The position numbers and the translations under genes were made by a program. A DNA stretch of 59,174 bases from an uncultured Dehalococcoidales bacterium (lineage in GTDB: Bacteria; Chloroflexota; Dehalococcoidia; Dehalococcoidales; E44-bin46): positions 32,032-91,205 of the forward strand of contig CAYHAL010000001.1 of the NCBI GenBank assembly GCA_964354655.1, given 5' to 3'. This document shows, one piece after another, positions 44,369-53,219 of the stretch; the stretch's first letter is position 1, and the number at the start of each line of letters is the position of its first letter. Under the pieces are notes generated by a model. It did no database searches, had not been told where the DNA came from, and worked only from the letters and a program-made list of their open reading frames with translations.

Positions 44369-45577
44369 TTACTCCTCTATCGGGCGCTCCTTAAGTGGCT
44401 TGACGGTTATACCTGATTCTACCCCGGGCAGAGGTGCCACCGGCTCGGTTAACAGGAATTTCCCACTTAGTATCCACTCCTTCAGAATGGTGGCAATTTC
44501 CACCGCTCGGGAGTAGCTAGATAGGGAAGCAGTAGGTACCTGCTTACCTTGAACAAGTATTTCCCCGCTCTTTAATTGAGCATAACTGACCTCCTCTAAG
44601 ATATCGGGCTTCATTTGAGGATATGCCTCTGAGTAATCTATCACTGGGGCAAAAATTTCATCATCGCTTACTGTGGTATAACGTAGAATCTCCTCAGAGA
44701 GTATCGGGATGGGGATGCCAATACCTACGGTTATGGTGCAGCCATAGCCCAGCATGCTGGTGCCTATTAGCCACCGTGGTTTCATCTGCTTCAAATCACC
44801 GATTACGGCAAGGGTGCCAGCCCCTCTCCTGGGCACCCCCTTCTCAGAGCGGAGGACATTCGGGTTATGCTGGGTGCCTTGCCAGGCAATAAAGCCTATG
44901 CCACCGCCCAGGAATATCTTGGTGCCGATGCCAATGGTCTTATAGTATGGGTCGTTTAGTAGTGGCGATAGCTGCCCGGCACTACAATAGTTAGCATTGC
45001 CCAAGTTGGGTTTTAATACCCCCATATAGGTGTAAATCGTCTTATCGGACAGATTCACTGCCACATTATAATTCTGGTAGGCATTCCTGATGTTGAATAG
45101 CACCGCCTCATTAAGGTCTTTTATATTTATCCAGGTTTCAAGCCTTTTCCTGGGGTAGCAATCCGTGCCGTAAGCAATAGCCACCAATCTGATGTCCTTC
45201 CCAGCTACCAGCTCTTCAATTACATGCCCACCGCCATAATTGAATTCACCGGGATGGATTCTGTTCCTGGGGTCATCATCGGGAAGGGCATTAGCCCCGA
45301 TATATAAGTCTATTGCAGCAAATCCGGTATAGGCTAGGACATCGTTGAGATATGCCCTGCCACCGCCTAGCTTTATTCTTGGCTTAGAGTGCCCAATATT
45401 AAAATAGGCACCGGATGAGCACATGGGGCCGAAGGTACCAGTAGTAACTACATCTACCTCCTCAGCCGCTTTCTTAACGCCCTTCTCTTTAGCAATGCCT
45501 ATTATTTCTTCAGCAGTAACTACTACTGCTTTGCCCTCTCGTATCTTCTCGTTTATTTCTTCAATCGTTTTTGTCAT
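44369..45577 (-). CDS. COG1900 (DUF39) homocysteine-biosynthesis-type protein
   Basis: The N-terminus KTIEEINEKIREGKAVVVTAEE, then VDVVTTGTFGPMCSSGA and YGGGHVIEELV, are typical of the family implicated in sulfide-dependent homocysteine formation in methanogens. Confidence 0.82.
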   Translation of the reverse strand: MTKTIEEINEKIREGKAVVVTAEEIIGIAKEKGVKKAAEEVDVVTTGTFGPMCSSGAYFNIGHSKPRIKLGGGRAYLNDVLAYTGFAAIDLYIGANALPDDDPRNRIHPGEFNYGGGHVIEELVAGKDIRLVAIAYGTDCYPRKRLETWINIKDLNEAVLFNIRNAYQNYNVAVNLSDKTIYTYMGVLKPNLGNANYCSAGQLSPLLNDPYYKTIGIGTKIFLGGGIGFIAWQGTQHNPNVLRSEKGVPRRGAGTLAVIGDLKQMKPRWLIGTSMLGYGCTITVGIGIPIPILSEEILRYTTVSDDEIFAPVIDYSEAYPQMKPDILEEVSYAQLKSGEILVQGKQVPTASLSSYSRAVEIATILKEWILSGKFLLTEPVAPLPGVESGITVKPLKERPIEE

Positions 45578-45637
45578 ATCTTCAAGATGATAATATTAAA
45601 ACCTTTGGCTTGTCAATTTACCCTAGACGAGATTTGC

Positions 45638-46270
45638 TTATCCCGAGCTTGCTGGCTTGCCCACCGGCATAATGTATAGCGGCTTATATTGCTTGTCTAG
45701 TCGTAAAACCTCTCTAACCGGCTCATCATAAAAGGCACCGATGGCTACGGTAGCCAAACCAAGGGCGGTAGCCTGTAGGTAGATATTCTGCCCGGCATGA
45801 CCTACTTCTATATGCACATACCTTTCCCCCCGGCTACCATAATGTAGGGTCGTCCGCTCATATAGAGCACAGATGATTATATTTACTGGAGCATGGTATA
45901 TCATTTCCTCACCTAATGCTGCTCTGGCTAGAGCTAATCGGACATCTCCCTCGTGGTGTAGGGTCAGAGAGTGGTGGGCTATATCGTAGTGATATATGCC
46001 ATCACTTATTCCTTCAATACCATTCCGACCACAAACAACAAAAATCTCCAATGGATAGGTAGCACCGGCACTGGGAACAGACCTTGCTCCCGATGAAGTA
46101 TCAGTGATGCCTTGGGTAGCCCACAGTATCTGGGATAGCTGAGACTGTGAAATAGATTCTGGGGTGAAGTCTCTTATCGACCTTCTCTGGGTAATAGCCT
46201 CTTCCAGCGATATGCTGCCTTTTTGGCGTGGTGAGGGCAGGTGAATTCTTGGCGGCTGACTTGTGCCCAT
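45638..46270 (-). CDS. SagB-type / nitroreductase-family oxidoreductase
   Basis: LEEAITQRRSIRDF...LSQILWATQGIT...RSVPSAGATYPLEIFVV...GHAGQNIYLQATALGL. Confidence 0.8.
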   Translation of the reverse strand: MGTSQPPRIHLPSPRQKGSISLEEAITQRRSIRDFTPESISQSQLSQILWATQGITDTSSGARSVPSAGATYPLEIFVVCGRNGIEGISDGIYHYDIAHHSLTLHHEGDVRLALARAALGEEMIYHAPVNIIICALYERTTLHYGSRGERYVHIEVGHAGQNIYLQATALGLATVAIGAFYDEPVREVLRLDKQYKPLYIMPVGKPASSG

Positions 46271-46276
46271 ATTTAC

Positions 46277-47182
46277 TTATTTATTCCATAAGCCCAGGCT
46301 AAGGTATTTCCATCCTCCATCAGCCAACATAGCTACTATATTGCCCTCGTCCATTTCGCTGGCAACCTTGATAGCTTGGTAAGCTACGGCTCCTGAGGAT
46401 AACCCAGCAAAAATTCCTTCCTTATCCAGCAGCTGTCTGGTGGCTTCAGCTGCCTGCCGGCTGGTAACAAAACGCCTCTCGGTAATAAGGCTCAAATCCA
46501 GAAACGGTGGAACCTCTTTAAGTTCTTCAAGGCACTTTAAGCCCTGGATGGCGTCGCCAGAGGGCGGTTCAACACCAATCACCTTGATACCGGGATACTT
46601 CTCCCTTAGTCGTCGGCTAACGCCAACTATAGTCCCGCCGGTGCCAATGCCGGCAATAAAGACATCAATTCGGTCGTAGGGGAAGTCCTCCATTATTTCA
46701 ACACCAGTAGTCTCATAGTGAGCCTGGGGATTAGCTGGATTAGAGAACTGGTCAGGCATATAATACCTTTTGTCTTGGGCGGCCAGTTCCCTGGCAGTAG
46801 TAATAGCCCCACCCATCCCGTAAGCACCTTTGGTAAGAATAAGCTCAGCACCAAAGATTCTGAGTAATTGCTGCCTCTCCAGGCTCATGCTGTCGGGCAT
46901 AACAATGCTGACCTTATACCCTTTCCTATACCCCAGGCAGGCTAGAGCTATCCCGGTATTGCCACTGGTGGCTTCAATGATAGTCTTGTCCTTGGTTAGT
47001 TCTCTACTCCGCTCTGCCTTTTCTATCATATATTTTGCTATCCGGTCTTTGATACTGGCACTCCCCCCCAGGTTCTGCCCCTCCAGCTTAGCCAGAATTT
47101 TAACCTTTTTGTTCGGGCTCATTTGAGCCATTTCTACCAGTGGAGTATGCCCTATAGCATCAATAACATTTTTGAAATACAT
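46277..47182 (-). CDS. PLP-dependent cysteine synthase family enzyme (CysK/CysM/O-phosphoserine sulfhydrylase-like)
   Basis: GHTPLV, PLP-lysine context GGSASIKDR, TSGNTGIALA and GIGTGGTIVG. Confidence 0.88.
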   Translation of the reverse strand: MYFKNVIDAIGHTPLVEMAQMSPNKKVKILAKLEGQNLGGSASIKDRIAKYMIEKAERSRELTKDKTIIEATSGNTGIALACLGYRKGYKVSIVMPDSMSLERQQLLRIFGAELILTKGAYGMGGAITTARELAAQDKRYYMPDQFSNPANPQAHYETTGVEIMEDFPYDRIDVFIAGIGTGGTIVGVSRRLREKYPGIKVIGVEPPSGDAIQGLKCLEELKEVPPFLDLSLITERRFVTSRQAAEATRQLLDKEGIFAGLSSGAVAYQAIKVASEMDEGNIVAMLADGGWKYLSLGLWNK

Positions 47183-47187
47183 TTTTT

Positions 47188-48648
47188 CTACCCCTTAATT
47201 ACACCTATTGGAGTTGCCCTAGCTACCTTGCTAGACAGGCCTGCCTTATGGGTTACCTCAACCACCTCAGTTACATCCTTGTAGGCTTCAGAGGCTTCCT
47301 CTGCCAGCGAACCCATACTACCTGCCTTAACCGTAATTCCTTTGGCGGCCAATGCTTTGACAACATCAGCTCCTCTAAGGCTGCGCTTGGCGGCAGCCCG
47401 ACTCTGTATCCTGCCGGCGCCATGGCAGGTAGAGCCAAAGGTCTCCTTCATTGCTGTCTCTGTGCCCAGTGCTACATAGGAACAGCGCCCCATATCCCCG
47501 GGAATGAGGACGGGCTGACCTATATCTCGGTAAACATCAGGAACATCAGGGTGTCCAGCCGGGAAGGCTCTGGTAGCCCCTTTACGGTGAACGCAAAGCC
47601 TCTGCTTCTTACCATTAATAGGGTATTCCTCAATCTTAGCAATGTTATGGCACACGTCATAAATCTGCTCCAGTCCAAGTTCCCTTTGGCTCTTGCCCAA
47701 GACCTTGACCAGAGATTCTCTAGTCCAGTGAGTGATACACTGCCGGTTAGTCCAAGCATAGTTAGCAGCACAGGCCATAGCTTGGAGGTAGTCTTGTCCC
47801 TCGGGCGAGTTTACCGGGGCACAAGCCAGTTGACGGTCAGGTAGGCTGATGCCATACCTTTTTACTGCTTCGCCAAGTAATCTCACGTAGTCACTGCAAA
47901 CCTCATGCCCAAAGCCTCGGGAACCAGTATGAATCAAGATAAGTACCTGACCGATGTCATTAATACCCATTGCCTTGGCTGCATCACGGTCATAGATTTC
48001 ATCCACTGCCTCCACCTCTAGGAAGTGATTACCCGAGCCCAAGGTTCCCAGTTGGGGAATGCCTCGCTTCTTAGCCTTGCTACCTACCTTATCCGGGTTA
48101 GCCCCTTTGAGACAGCCTGACTCTTCAGTAACTATGATATCCTCAGCTTCGCCGTAACCCTTTTCTAATGCCCACCGACTACCCTTTATAAGGACTTCAT
48201 TCAGTTCCTTTTCACTTACCCTTATCTTACCTTCAGAACCTAGCCCTGAAGGGATATTGACATAAAGTTCAGCAATTAACTGTTCAATTTTAGGTCTTAC
48301 CTCTTTCTTGGTAAGATTTGTCCGTAGTAGTCTGACACCGCAATTAATATCAAAGCCAACACCGCCGGGTGATATTACCCCGTCCTTTACCCTAGTGGCG
48401 GCTACCCCTCCAATAGGGAAGCCATAGCCCCAGTGGATATCAGGCATAGCCAGGGAATGACCGACAATGCCTGGTAGGAAAGCCACGTTAGCCACTTGTT
48501 GGAAGACCTGGTCCTGCCAGATATGGGCAAGCATTGCCTCGCTGGCGAAGATTAGACCAGACACAGACATACCCACTTTATAGCTTGTGGGAATCTCCCA
48601 TCGGTAGTCGTCTATCTTCTTAAGTATCCCTTGCCATGGCGCCGGCAT
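47188..48648 (-). CDS. rtcB: RNA 3'-phosphate ligase RtcB
   Basis: DIHWGYG, GFDINCGVR, GSGNHFLEV, HTGSRGFGH, HRKGATRA and CHGAGR. Confidence 0.93.
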   Translation of the reverse strand: MPAPWQGILKKIDDYRWEIPTSYKVGMSVSGLIFASEAMLAHIWQDQVFQQVANVAFLPGIVGHSLAMPDIHWGYGFPIGGVAATRVKDGVISPGGVGFDINCGVRLLRTNLTKKEVRPKIEQLIAELYVNIPSGLGSEGKIRVSEKELNEVLIKGSRWALEKGYGEAEDIIVTEESGCLKGANPDKVGSKAKKRGIPQLGTLGSGNHFLEVEAVDEIYDRDAAKAMGINDIGQVLILIHTGSRGFGHEVCSDYVRLLGEAVKRYGISLPDRQLACAPVNSPEGQDYLQAMACAANYAWTNRQCITHWTRESLVKVLGKSQRELGLEQIYDVCHNIAKIEEYPINGKKQRLCVHRKGATRAFPAGHPDVPDVYRDIGQPVLIPGDMGRCSYVALGTETAMKETFGSTCHGAGRIQSRAAAKRSLRGADVVKALAAKGITVKAGSMGSLAEEASEAYKDVTEVVEVTHKAGLSSKVARATPIGVIKG

Positions 48649-48659
48649 TTTTACCTCCG

Positions 48660-49076
48660 CTAAATATCAAACAATACCTGAACTTGGCAGCCATTGGTCT
48701 TGTCAACCTTCAGCATATGGTAAGTGGCTGCCTTAACCCCTATTTTTAGCTTATGTTTAGAACTATCTACCTTCTCTCCATAGCTTCTAGCTTTAAGACG
48801 GGTGTTGTTAAGCTGGGTAATATTAAACCGCTTAAAAATAATATTCTCGGCATCAAATATATAAATGAGCTCGTTTAACCATTCTACCAACAGGCTTTCT
48901 TGGTCAGGGGCTACTAGCTCTATATCCCGATAAATAACCTCGCCTACATTATCAAGCTCAGTTATTAGGCTGAACAAAGCTTTAGCTGCATTGGCAAACG
49001 CTTGGTTCATACTGCTACCATAGGCTCTAATGCCAACATCAGCGGTATGGTCTACGATTTCAAACTCCTTCGCCAT
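48660..49076 (-). CDS. Archease (RtcB activator)
   Basis: FEIVDHTADVGIRAYG...VKAATYHMLKV. It lies immediately upstream of rtcB. Confidence 0.88.
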   Translation of the reverse strand: MAKEFEIVDHTADVGIRAYGSSMNQAFANAAKALFSLITELDNVGEVIYRDIELVAPDQESLLVEWLNELIYIFDAENIIFKRFNITQLNNTRLKARSYGEKVDSSKHKLKIGVKAATYHMLKVDKTNGCQVQVLFDI

Positions 49077-49130
49077 GTAGATAGATTATACCATTTACTA
49101 CCACAGACATAAACTATAGGGAATATCTAC

Positions 49131-49180
49131 AATCCCCCTTCCCCTTATTAAGGGGAAGGGGGGTCAGGGGGGATAGGGTG
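49131..49180. repeat. C/G-run-rich palindromic intergenic element, copy B
   Basis: Perfect 13-bp hairpin CCCCCTTCCCCTT-ATTA-AAGGGGAAGGGGG followed by gtcaggggggatagggtg. The reverse complement aligns to 39809..39857. Confidence 0.65.
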
Positions 49181-49215
49181 CTAAACAATCTCAATATTGA
49201 ACGGTGTTTGATACT

Positions 49216-49243
49216 TTGAGCTTTTTTAGCTATATAGTATAAT
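49216..49243 (+). promoter_or_regulatory. Promoter candidate TTGAGC-N16-TATAAT
   Basis: TTGAGC at 49216-49221 and TATAAT at 49238-49243, upstream of the ORF at 49273. Confidence 0.45.
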
Positions 49244-49272
49244 TTAACAAAGGGTAATTTAAGTATGGCAAC

Positions 49273-49878
49273 ATGGCTGGGGGACTGATGGGTGAGATAA
49301 AGAGTGCTATTGAGATAGCTATGGAGAAGGCGAAAGGGTTGGGCGAGGCAAGTGATGAAGAGCGCTTGAAATGGAAATATGTCCCTGAGGGGGAAAGGCT
49401 GGCGGCTAGGTATCTTAAGCAAGATTGTAATTTAGTGGTTGAGCTGAGCCAGTATGATGACAAGATAAAAAAATATGTTATACAGGGTGTCGCCGGTATA
49501 TTAATTAGAAATATCAACTTATCCAAAAGTGATTTAGCTAAAAGAGCCAATAGAAGAGCAATGGAGGGTTTGAAGATAGTTAAGAGTGACAAAGCAAGAG
49601 TGGAAAATGTCTACACTAAGCTGAGGCGTATCTTTGAACACTATGTAGGGCAGGGTGGGCAGCAGAGGAAGCAGGCTTATGAATCACTTAAGATTGAATT
49701 TGAAGCTAGGATAAAGCAGGCTATTCAGCAGCAGTTAGGCTCATTTGTAGGAATTAGAATAGATGTGGAGAGGCAACCTCAATTCCAGGAAGAATGGCGC
49801 AAGCTACTGACTCAGCTAGATTCTCAATACGTCAAGCTCCTGGACGAATATAAGCAAGAGCTATCAGCCATATCGTAG
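49273..49878 (+). CDS. Hypothetical coiled-coil protein
   Basis: A long ORF with no conflicting frame. An alternative start is ATG 49288. No recognised family. Confidence 0.6.
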   Translation: MAGGLMGEIKSAIEIAMEKAKGLGEASDEERLKWKYVPEGERLAARYLKQDCNLVVELSQYDDKIKKYVIQGVAGILIRNINLSKSDLAKRANRRAMEGLKIVKSDKARVENVYTKLRRIFEHYVGQGGQQRKQAYESLKIEFEARIKQAIQQQLGSFVGIRIDVERQPQFQEEWRKLLTQLDSQYVKLLDEYKQELSAIS

Positions 49879-49886
49879 GATGTGTT

Positions 49887-50255
49887 ATGAACGACGAATT
49901 ATCAGCTTTTATAGATGCAGTTTATAGAGAACCTTATTCCCTCGTCAGGAACAACTGTATCAATAAGTCGTTGCGGATAAAAGCTAAGGCAGAAGGGCTG
50001 GGGATGAAAGCCGATTTGATAGGTTGTATAGCCATGGTGGCGGTTAAGAAATGGCACAATCTCCTTATTATTAGCCCTCATTTCTATACTGAGATTGAGG
50101 GGAAAAGGGTGGATGTTGCCCATGACCCTAGACGTGAGGAGCTATGGTGCAAGAATTGTGAAATAAAGGTGGTCATGCCAGTGAACATTTCCAAGATGAG
50201 GCGAGCCTTTTGCCACAGGGCTGGTCTCAGAAGTCAGCCATTAAAGGAAGGGTGA
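49887..50255 (+). CDS. Hypothetical protein with a possible Cys-His-Asp (transglutaminase/papain-like) arrangement
   Basis: RNNCINKS ... SPHFYTEIEGKRVDVAHD. This is a weak, pattern-level suggestion only. Confidence 0.5.
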   Translation: MNDELSAFIDAVYREPYSLVRNNCINKSLRIKAKAEGLGMKADLIGCIAMVAVKKWHNLLIISPHFYTEIEGKRVDVAHDPRREELWCKNCEIKVVMPVNISKMRRAFCHRAGLRSQPLKEG

Positions 50256-50265
50256 GGGGAATATA

Positions 50266-50970
50266 ATGGACGTTGATGACGAAAGGATTAGAGACGCAGT
50301 TAAGAACACTGAAATATTAAGGCCGCCTAAGCAGAGCTTGGCTACCTTCGGCACCACCAATATATATTATTATCTAGTTACCAAACCTGCCTACGCCGAG
50401 CTAATAAAGAATGTCACGGAGACGGTGGTGAGAGAGGGCAGGGTAATTGCCGAGAAGCCGAGGATTGTCACCCCCTATTACCTCTCTAGGCTTGAAGGAT
50501 TTAGCTTAGAGGCTAAAAGATACTTTGACATGCTAATGAGGACTCATGGTGCTAGTGCCCCTGGGCTACTCTATAGCTACCGGAATGAGCCAAAAGAACT
50601 CACCATTGTGTCTGCAGATCTGCTATCAGTGGTAGATAAGCTAAATGCTGAGATTGATAAGCGTGCTGACCCCCTAGCCTCTATTATTAAAGGTGAGGAT
50701 GAGCTTTGGGATGTGTCGTTGTTGACGTTTATTTATGAAATGACCAGGAGTTCTCTACGGAATAATCTATTGCAATTGGGGGCTAGAGGGCTTTTGGATA
50801 CAGATGCCAGCGGAATCCCGGTTGATGCCAGGGTAAGGATTGAGGAACTCTTTAGGCTGGTTTTCAATGGAGAGGTTGAACCCCATGAGCTAAAGGATGA
50901 GCTTGACCGCTGGAGCTTGTTTGAGGAGTACGAGGACAGGTTCTTCACCATTTTCAAGAAGAAACGATAA
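50266..50970 (+). CDS. Conserved hypothetical protein (234 aa)
   Basis: A clean ORF tightly spaced with its neighbours. No recognised motifs. Confidence 0.62.
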   Translation: MDVDDERIRDAVKNTEILRPPKQSLATFGTTNIYYYLVTKPAYAELIKNVTETVVREGRVIAEKPRIVTPYYLSRLEGFSLEAKRYFDMLMRTHGASAPGLLYSYRNEPKELTIVSADLLSVVDKLNAEIDKRADPLASIIKGEDELWDVSLLTFIYEMTRSSLRNNLLQLGARGLLDTDASGIPVDARVRIEELFRLVFNGEVEPHELKDELDRWSLFEEYEDRFFTIFKKKR

Positions 50971-51016
50971 ATAAAGAGCTAGAGGGAATGAAGAAGACCA
51001 CTAGCTAATTGGTGCG

Positions 51017-51664
51017 ATGAAGATTTCAGTAATTGAAGCTAGAGACCTTTCCGAGGCGTGGTTTCTTTGCCTGCGCAAGACTTTGGCTGAAGGCTACGAG
51101 TATAAGATTGAGCGGGGGAGCTATGCCGGTCAGCGTCGGAAAGAGCTTGACTTTGTCGTAGTCCAGGTCAGGAAACCAGGGATAAGACCATTGGTTCCGG
51201 ATGTGCCACAGGGTGTGCCACCACCTAGCACCATGGAATATGTAGAAAGCTATCTTCCCTATCTTATGACCGCCCATAAAGCCAAAGGGGAGCAGTATAC
51301 CTACGGGCAGTATCTGGAGACGCAGATAGCTGAAGTAATCAAAATGTACAAGGAAGATGGCTATAATACTAATCAGGCTTTTATGGCGGTGGGCGATAGC
51401 CAATCTATTTTCCTCTCCGACCCTCCATGTTTGAGGGGGATAGATACCAGAATCCGTGATAATAGGCTCAATTTTGTCGTCTATTTCAGGTCGTGGGACT
51501 TGTGGGCTGGCTTCCCCTCCAATCTGGCAGCCATTCAGCTCTTGAAGGAGTATATGGCGAGTGAGATAGGGGTCGAGGATGGCGAGATTATTGCCCTGAG
51601 TAAGGGCTTACACCTTTATGAGTATTCCTGGGAGCTAGCTAGAATCGCCGCCAGGGTGGATTAA
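51017..51664 (+). CDS. Thymidylate-synthase-like protein of the short archaeal (methanogen) type
   Basis: LSEAW near the N-terminus, EQYTYGQYL, catalytic-Cys context DPPCL, FVVYFRSWDLWAGFPSNL and GLHLYEY are all features I recall from the MJ0757-type ThyA family. Confidence 0.62.
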   Translation: MKISVIEARDLSEAWFLCLRKTLAEGYEYKIERGSYAGQRRKELDFVVVQVRKPGIRPLVPDVPQGVPPPSTMEYVESYLPYLMTAHKAKGEQYTYGQYLETQIAEVIKMYKEDGYNTNQAFMAVGDSQSIFLSDPPCLRGIDTRIRDNRLNFVVYFRSWDLWAGFPSNLAAIQLLKEYMASEIGVEDGEIIALSKGLHLYEYSWELARIAARVD

Positions 51665-51750
51665 TCTTTGACCTTTAAGTGGTTTTTATCCCCATTGTGT
51701 GCCATATTCTTAAGCCTGGTTTTAGTCCTTAAGGTTTTAAAGGTGGTGGA

Positions 51751-52977
51751 TTGAAAATAGGACTAATTGCTACCGCTGTGTGTTTATTATCGGTCAGTTT
51801 GCTTGGTGAAAGTTGTGCTATGACTCGGGATTTTGATACCAGTCTAAGCTCAATAGTGAAGTCATACCGCTTCAGTATTATGAAGTGGGAATCAAGGGCT
51901 ATACCCCGCGAAGCAAAACAGCGTATTTTCGGTAGCCACAAGAAGAACGAGAACGAAGTCTCTGTGGTTACAGAGTATTTTTCTAACATTGACCAGATAG
52001 AAACCTTGGAGTCAGAAATTAAAGCAATTAACGCTGGTAATAAGCAGGGCGACTTAACTTCGCTTGAAGCTGAATTAAATATATTACAGGAACAAAAGGG
52101 GGCGTTAAAGGATACAGTGGAGAGGATACTAGAGAATCAGATGAAGAAAACCCTGGCTCAACAGGGCATCTTCAATCCGGTAAACAGGTATATAAAAATT
52201 AATTTCCCACCGCTGAATTTTAGCCTGGAGAAATCGCCCTATTTACTTGTGATTTCACCCAGGGACAGGATAGAAAGCATAAGGCGGATTACCTTGCAGC
52301 CGAGCCTGAGCCTAAAGGAAATAGAGGATATTGAAACCGAGGTCGATAAATTAGGCGTCTCTTCACTGGTGGTGGAGCTTGGTGGCTTGGGGGCAACCTA
52401 TCCCACCTTTGTTACCGACGAGGCTAGCCTCCGGTTTATTATTGACACGGCGACTGAAGAATGGCTCCATCAGTATCTGGCTTTCAAACCGTTGGGATTT
52501 CTATACCTGCTTGATTCAATAGGCGTGTCCAGAAACTATGAGATTGCGGTCATGAATGAGACCCTAGCCAGCATGGTGAGCAAGGAAATTGGCACCATCC
52601 TAGTTGAAAATTATTACCCCCAATATGAAAATAGCAACCATCAAACTCGGGCATCAGAGGCAGAATTTGACTTTAACCGAGAGATGAGAAACATAAGAAG
52701 AGCTGTTGATAATTACCTTGCTCGGGGAGAGATTGAACAGGCTGAGGAGTTTATGGAGCAGAAACGGCAGTATTTAGCCTCAAAGGGCTATTATATTAGA
52801 AAATTGAATCAAGCCTACTTTGCCTTTTATGGCACCTACGCTGATAGTCCAAACTCTATTAGTCCCGTCGGGCTTGAGTTAAATGAGCTAAGAAGTCAAA
52901 GCACCTCACTAAAGGAATTCCTAGACAGGGTGGCTGCCATGACCAGTCGCCAAGACCTCGTAAATAGTATAAAATAG
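51751..52977 (+). CDS. N-terminally anchored hypothetical protein (408 aa)
   Basis: TTG start behind AAAGGTGGTGGA. The N-terminal hydrophobic segment is IGLIATAVCLLSVSLLG. No recognised family. Confidence 0.6.
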   Translation: MKIGLIATAVCLLSVSLLGESCAMTRDFDTSLSSIVKSYRFSIMKWESRAIPREAKQRIFGSHKKNENEVSVVTEYFSNIDQIETLESEIKAINAGNKQGDLTSLEAELNILQEQKGALKDTVERILENQMKKTLAQQGIFNPVNRYIKINFPPLNFSLEKSPYLLVISPRDRIESIRRITLQPSLSLKEIEDIETEVDKLGVSSLVVELGGLGATYPTFVTDEASLRFIIDTATEEWLHQYLAFKPLGFLYLLDSIGVSRNYEIAVMNETLASMVSKEIGTILVENYYPQYENSNHQTRASEAEFDFNREMRNIRRAVDNYLARGEIEQAEEFMEQKRQYLASKGYYIRKLNQAYFAFYGTYADSPNSISPVGLELNELRSQSTSLKEFLDRVAAMTSRQDLVNSIK

Positions 52978-53030
52978 GGTGCTCACTAGGTTGCGTGATA
53001 GCTTAAGGTTTGCTAGACTTAATACAACTT

Positions 53031-53106
<76 letters not shown>

Positions 53107-53139
53107 CTCGTCAATTTGTATAGTCAGGGCGGAGCGATG

Positions 53140-53148
53140 TGATATAAT
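53140..53148 (+). promoter_or_regulatory. Extended -10 element TGaTATAAT upstream of the islet gene
   Basis: TG at 53140-53141 and TATAAT at 53143-53148. There is no good -35. Confidence 0.35.
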
Positions 53149-53219
53149 ACACGTGCGAGTATAACAGCTTGTAAACTAATTCTAGCAGCGTGACTGGGAT
53201 ATCAACACGGGAAAAAGAC

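Noticed and set aside
45578-45637. A minus-strand TTGACA box upstream of the COG1900 gene as a promoter.
   Set aside because: The best -10 candidates (TATTAT, ATTATC, TTATCA) sit at spacings of 15, 16 and 17 nt and none gives a convincing pair. Left uncalled.
47248-47844. A 198-aa plus-strand ORF inside rtcB. There are many similar antisense or out-of-frame ORFs in the track, for example 22697-23245, 21702-22133, 31656-32087, 10649-11017, 35069-35284 and 8399-8686.
   Set aside because: Each lies entirely within or antisense to a gene with strong family signatures. They lack SD sites and have low-complexity or Ser/Pro/Arg-rich translations typical of shadow ORFs.
49114-49592. Two minus-strand ORFs (102 and 120 aa) in the archease / ORF 49273 intergenic area.
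   Set aside because: They translate through the palindromic C/G-run repeat (PLTPLPLNKGKGD) and overlap the better-supported plus-strand gene. No SD is present.
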